Positions 61,114 to 64,000 of a stretch of 64,000 nucleotides of DNA are shown here, in pieces; position 1 is the stretch's first letter, and each line of letters begins with the position of its first letter. Location of the stretch: contig CAWJAX010000005.1 in NCBI GenBank assembly GCA_963841015.1, positions 256,001 to 320,000 of the forward strand, written 5' to 3'. Position numbers and translations under genes: made by a program. The notes beneath the pieces are model-generated. The model ran no database searches. It was not told where the DNA came from and worked only from the letters and a program-made list of their open reading frames with translations. Origin of the DNA: an uncultured Methanoregulaceae archaeon. Lineage in GTDB: Archaea > Halobacteriota > Methanomicrobia > Methanomicrobiales > Methanospirillaceae.

Positions 61114-63250
61114 TTAAATTCCTCTCATTTCCGGGTAAAGTACATCCCCTTGCCCGGGCAGTTGGATGGTAGCGATAGTAGTATTGATCCTGCTTAAGGA
61201 ATTGGCAAGGATCTGTTTTTGTGAGAGAGTATAGAGAGTATCCCCGATATAGAGCGAGCGTTTTACTTCGTACGGTGAACCATACCACGCGTACCCCCCA
61301 CCGGTGCTGTGCTCTATCGTTCCCCGCAGGTCAAAACCTTTCTCAGGAGTTACACCGAACACGTATGCCCCGTACCAGATCCGCTGCTGGTCGCCGCTGA
61401 ACTTTTCCGGCATATCAATCGTTTTGACAACCCGAGCCGGGATAACGAGCAGGTTTTTGTTTTTGTCAAACAGGAATGCCCGGTGATCCGAGAGCGCGGC
61501 AGAGTCTGTACCGGAATCACCGATCTCCACCTTGTCGATCTGCTTGGGGTGCTCAACGTCAGATACGTCAAACAGCGCAAGCTTCAGCCCCTTTGTAGAG
61601 ACCCCGCCCCATTCATTTGATGCTGTTTCCTTGCCAACGCCTATGATATGGTTCTTATCATAAGGATGCAGGTAATCAGAGTAACCGGGGATCTTGAGTT
61701 TGCCAAGGATTTTCGGGCTTAAGGGATTGGAGAGATCGATAACAAAGAAAGGATCAATTCGTTTGAAGGTGACCATGTAGAGCCGGTCGCCGATAAACCG
61801 GGTCGAGTAAATTTTTTCCTGTTCGGCGATATGGGTAAGTGACCCGATCGTCTTCATTACACCATCAAGCACAAAGACGTTATTATACTGGTACTGCCCG
61901 CGGCTCGTCCAGACGTCTGATGTTGTCGCTACGCGGAGATTACCCCCATACTCATCCATCGCGAACTGGTTCTTTAGATATCCCGGCACCTCCCCTTTCG
62001 CGAGGTAAGTGATTGCACCGTTGTTGATCCCGATCTTATGGATAAGGGTAGTGCTCTGGTCGATCTCGCGTTTGCGGATTGCTTCCTGCTCTCCGCTCTT
62101 CATCTCTGCTATGACAGCCTGCTTCTCACTCTCGCTCATTGTGTTGAAATCTGCTGCGACAGCGGGTGATGATCCCTCTGTGATACCGGAAGCGGATCCA
62201 CCGGAACTTTGCACCACATCGAGGACAGGTTCTGCCAGCCCTCTCATCGGCCGGTATACATTGTGGTACTTTTGGTAACTCACGTACATTGCATCAGGTG
62301 AGACATAGAGGATATTACCGCTGCCGATAAGGTACGTTTTTGCATCCTTTGTGGCACCGTTTCTGGCATCGAATGAAGTGACGGTGGTAAAGTCATACTG
62401 CCGTTCGGGATTGTCGAAGTAGTAGACATCAGGAGTAACGACAATTTTTGCATTCTCCCGCACTGCAGGAACTATGATCCGTTCATTGTACGGGTACACC
62501 GATTCGCGGGAGAGCAGGTAAACCGTACTGCCAATCATGCGGGCGTTCACGTAATCCCCGTCAATAGTGTAGTCTTTGAGGACCATCGGGTGTGCCCGGT
62601 CACTGATATCATAGAAGACAGCATGGGTAACCGGTGCAGAGCGGTAATACGGGTACCGCGGGGGCATCATGGCAATTTTTGCTGTGATATCCGTTCCCTG
62701 CGGTGTGCCACTGAGCTTCTATATCCGATGTACCGGTCTTAAGGAGGACGAGCCGGTCACCGTTGATGAATATCTCGCGGGGTGTATCCTCTAGTTCGGT
62801 CTTTGAAAGGACATATGCAGATGTGGCAGGGTACGCATCCACAATTGTGAGCGTATTGCCAGAGATCACGTAGATATACCGTGCATCATTCTTGACGAAA
62901 TCCGGCTCATCGACACCGGCAACCTGCACATTGGTCTGCGAGTAATCGGGTGAGCCTATGCCTGCGGCTGACGGGAGTGCACCGGATAGGGAAACTCCCT
63001 TTGCCGATTCCTGAGCTGCTGCGATCGGGGCAGGAGCTGCTACCAATGCTCCGTCGGTCCGGTAATTTTCATCCTGTACAAGCTGAGTATTGTTCTTAAT
63101 GTAATCGCGAATTTCGTCTGCTGAACTGAACTTTTTTATATCCGCTGACGGTGCTGTTGCCGGGGAGCTCATACAACCGCTTGCAAGGACTGCTGCAAGC
63201 ATGAGCACGACTGTGGCGAGCACGATCAGGAAGTGTTTCCTGTGCGACAT
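61114..63250 (-). pseudogene. Secreted beta-propeller domain lipoprotein, frameshifted near 62707-62720
   Basis: Signal peptide ending LASGC and YSQTNVQVAGVDEPDFVK. The second frame carries NQFAMDEY, IYSTRF, DPFFVIDL and GKLKIPGYSDYLHP. Confidence 0.85.
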
Positions 63251-63493
63251 AGTTGATCACAATTCTTTACACAGCAAAAGGTGATGAATCTGGCGTTAAC
63301 TGCGAAAAAAACTGAATCTATTGCTTGATAATTTTTTATGGGGAATTTATGGTAATATACCCCTCTAGCCCCTGATTTTTTTTATTCTTACGACGACATT
63401 TTAAAAAAAAATTATGTGACTAAAACTGGAATGAAAAAAGTGAGTATGATTTTCAAGCATTCTTTTTCGTGTTGATGGCTCCTGTATTCGGGT

Positions 63494-63553
63494 ATATCGC
63501 GATATGGGGGTCGCCTCAGCGGCGGGGGTGGAGGCTTTGCAAAAGCCCCCAGG
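63494..63553. repeat. GC-rich palindrome/hairpin element in an AT-rich intergenic region
   Basis: Perfect palindrome ATATCGCGATAT followed by G-runs and the hairpin GGAGGCTT-TGCAA-AAGCCCCC. Confidence 0.4.
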
Positions 63554-63651
63554 AGCGTGATAACTATCGATTGGAGTATTATTTTCCGAAGATTTTATGA
63601 AAAATTTAGGGGCTAAAATAACACTTTACTCTTTTTATATATGGGAGGAAC

Positions 63652-63999
63652 TCATTGTTTCTCCGTTGCTTGTGTCAGCCGCTCCACATTGTTTTTCGTA
63701 AAGAACCCGTCGAAGTCACCATAGCGCTGGATATATTCGTTCACGATCAGGGTGTTTTGCGAAGGTTCAGAGAAAATCTGTCTGAGTCCCTCGCTCTCTG
63801 AACCCACAAGATCGAGAAGGAACGCCAATCCATCTTTTTTCAGGGTCTCAACGGTCGCTTCGATATCAATGGTCCGGAACGCCATATGGTGGACCCGGGT
63901 TCCGTAATTCTGAATGAACTTCTCGGTAGGGCCTGATTCCACATCGTTTGTAAATCGGGTAATACCTGATGTAAAGACCATCGCGAAGTCGTCAGGGTT
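63652..63999 (-). CDS. VOC/4-hydroxyphenylpyruvate dioxygenase-like protein, C-terminal part (truncated by window edge)
   Basis: VHHMAF, LRQIF and EYIQR..GFF motifs; the frame is open to the window end. Confidence 0.72.
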   Translation of the reverse strand, partial: NPDDFAMVFTSGITRFTNDVESGPTEKFIQNYGTRVHHMAFRTIDIEATVETLKKDGLAFLLDLVGSESEGLRQIFSEPSQNTLIVNEYIQRYGDFDGFFTKNNVERLTQATEKQ

Positions 64000-64000
64000 A

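Noticed and set aside
128-63981. Numerous long antisense or overlapping ORFs in the six-frame track (e.g. 128-967, 6922-7755, 15152-15796, 59933-60694)
   Set aside because: They are shadows of well-supported genes on the other strand or frame and have no motifs of their own.

Overview
Archaeal chromosomal window, most likely from a hydrogenotrophic methanogen of the Methanomicrobiales (Methanoregula-like; inferred from gene content). It is mostly core genome. It holds the PolD small subunit, a complete echABCDEF hydrogenase operon divergent from a membrane pyrophosphatase, and a class II ribonucleotide reductase. A long operon runs cdc6-lrp-aminotransferase-purA-trm112-cbiB-pdxST. Further along are hel308/cgi121, rio1, tyrS, gap, tsr3, the methanogenesis-marker/atwA (MCR activation) cluster, R15P isomerase, dapF, radB, larC, cdc48, metE and aspS. 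The clearest non-coding feature is a probable replication origin upstream of cdc6: three ORB boxes, two of them a perfect 22-bp inverted pair flanking an AT-rich spacer. Seven genes carry frameshifts (one-base net shifts), most in short homopolymers, probably sequencing/assembly error. The best candidates for undescribed biology are a DUF523/TudS-like desulfidase fused to a nucleotide N-glycosidase domain head-to-head with tsr3, extra CMD and HAD genes bracketing the MCR activation operon, a REC-PAS-PAS protein with a non-kinase output domain, and a GC-rich structured intergenic element near the window end. I saw no CRISPR array, rRNA, tRNA or transposase.
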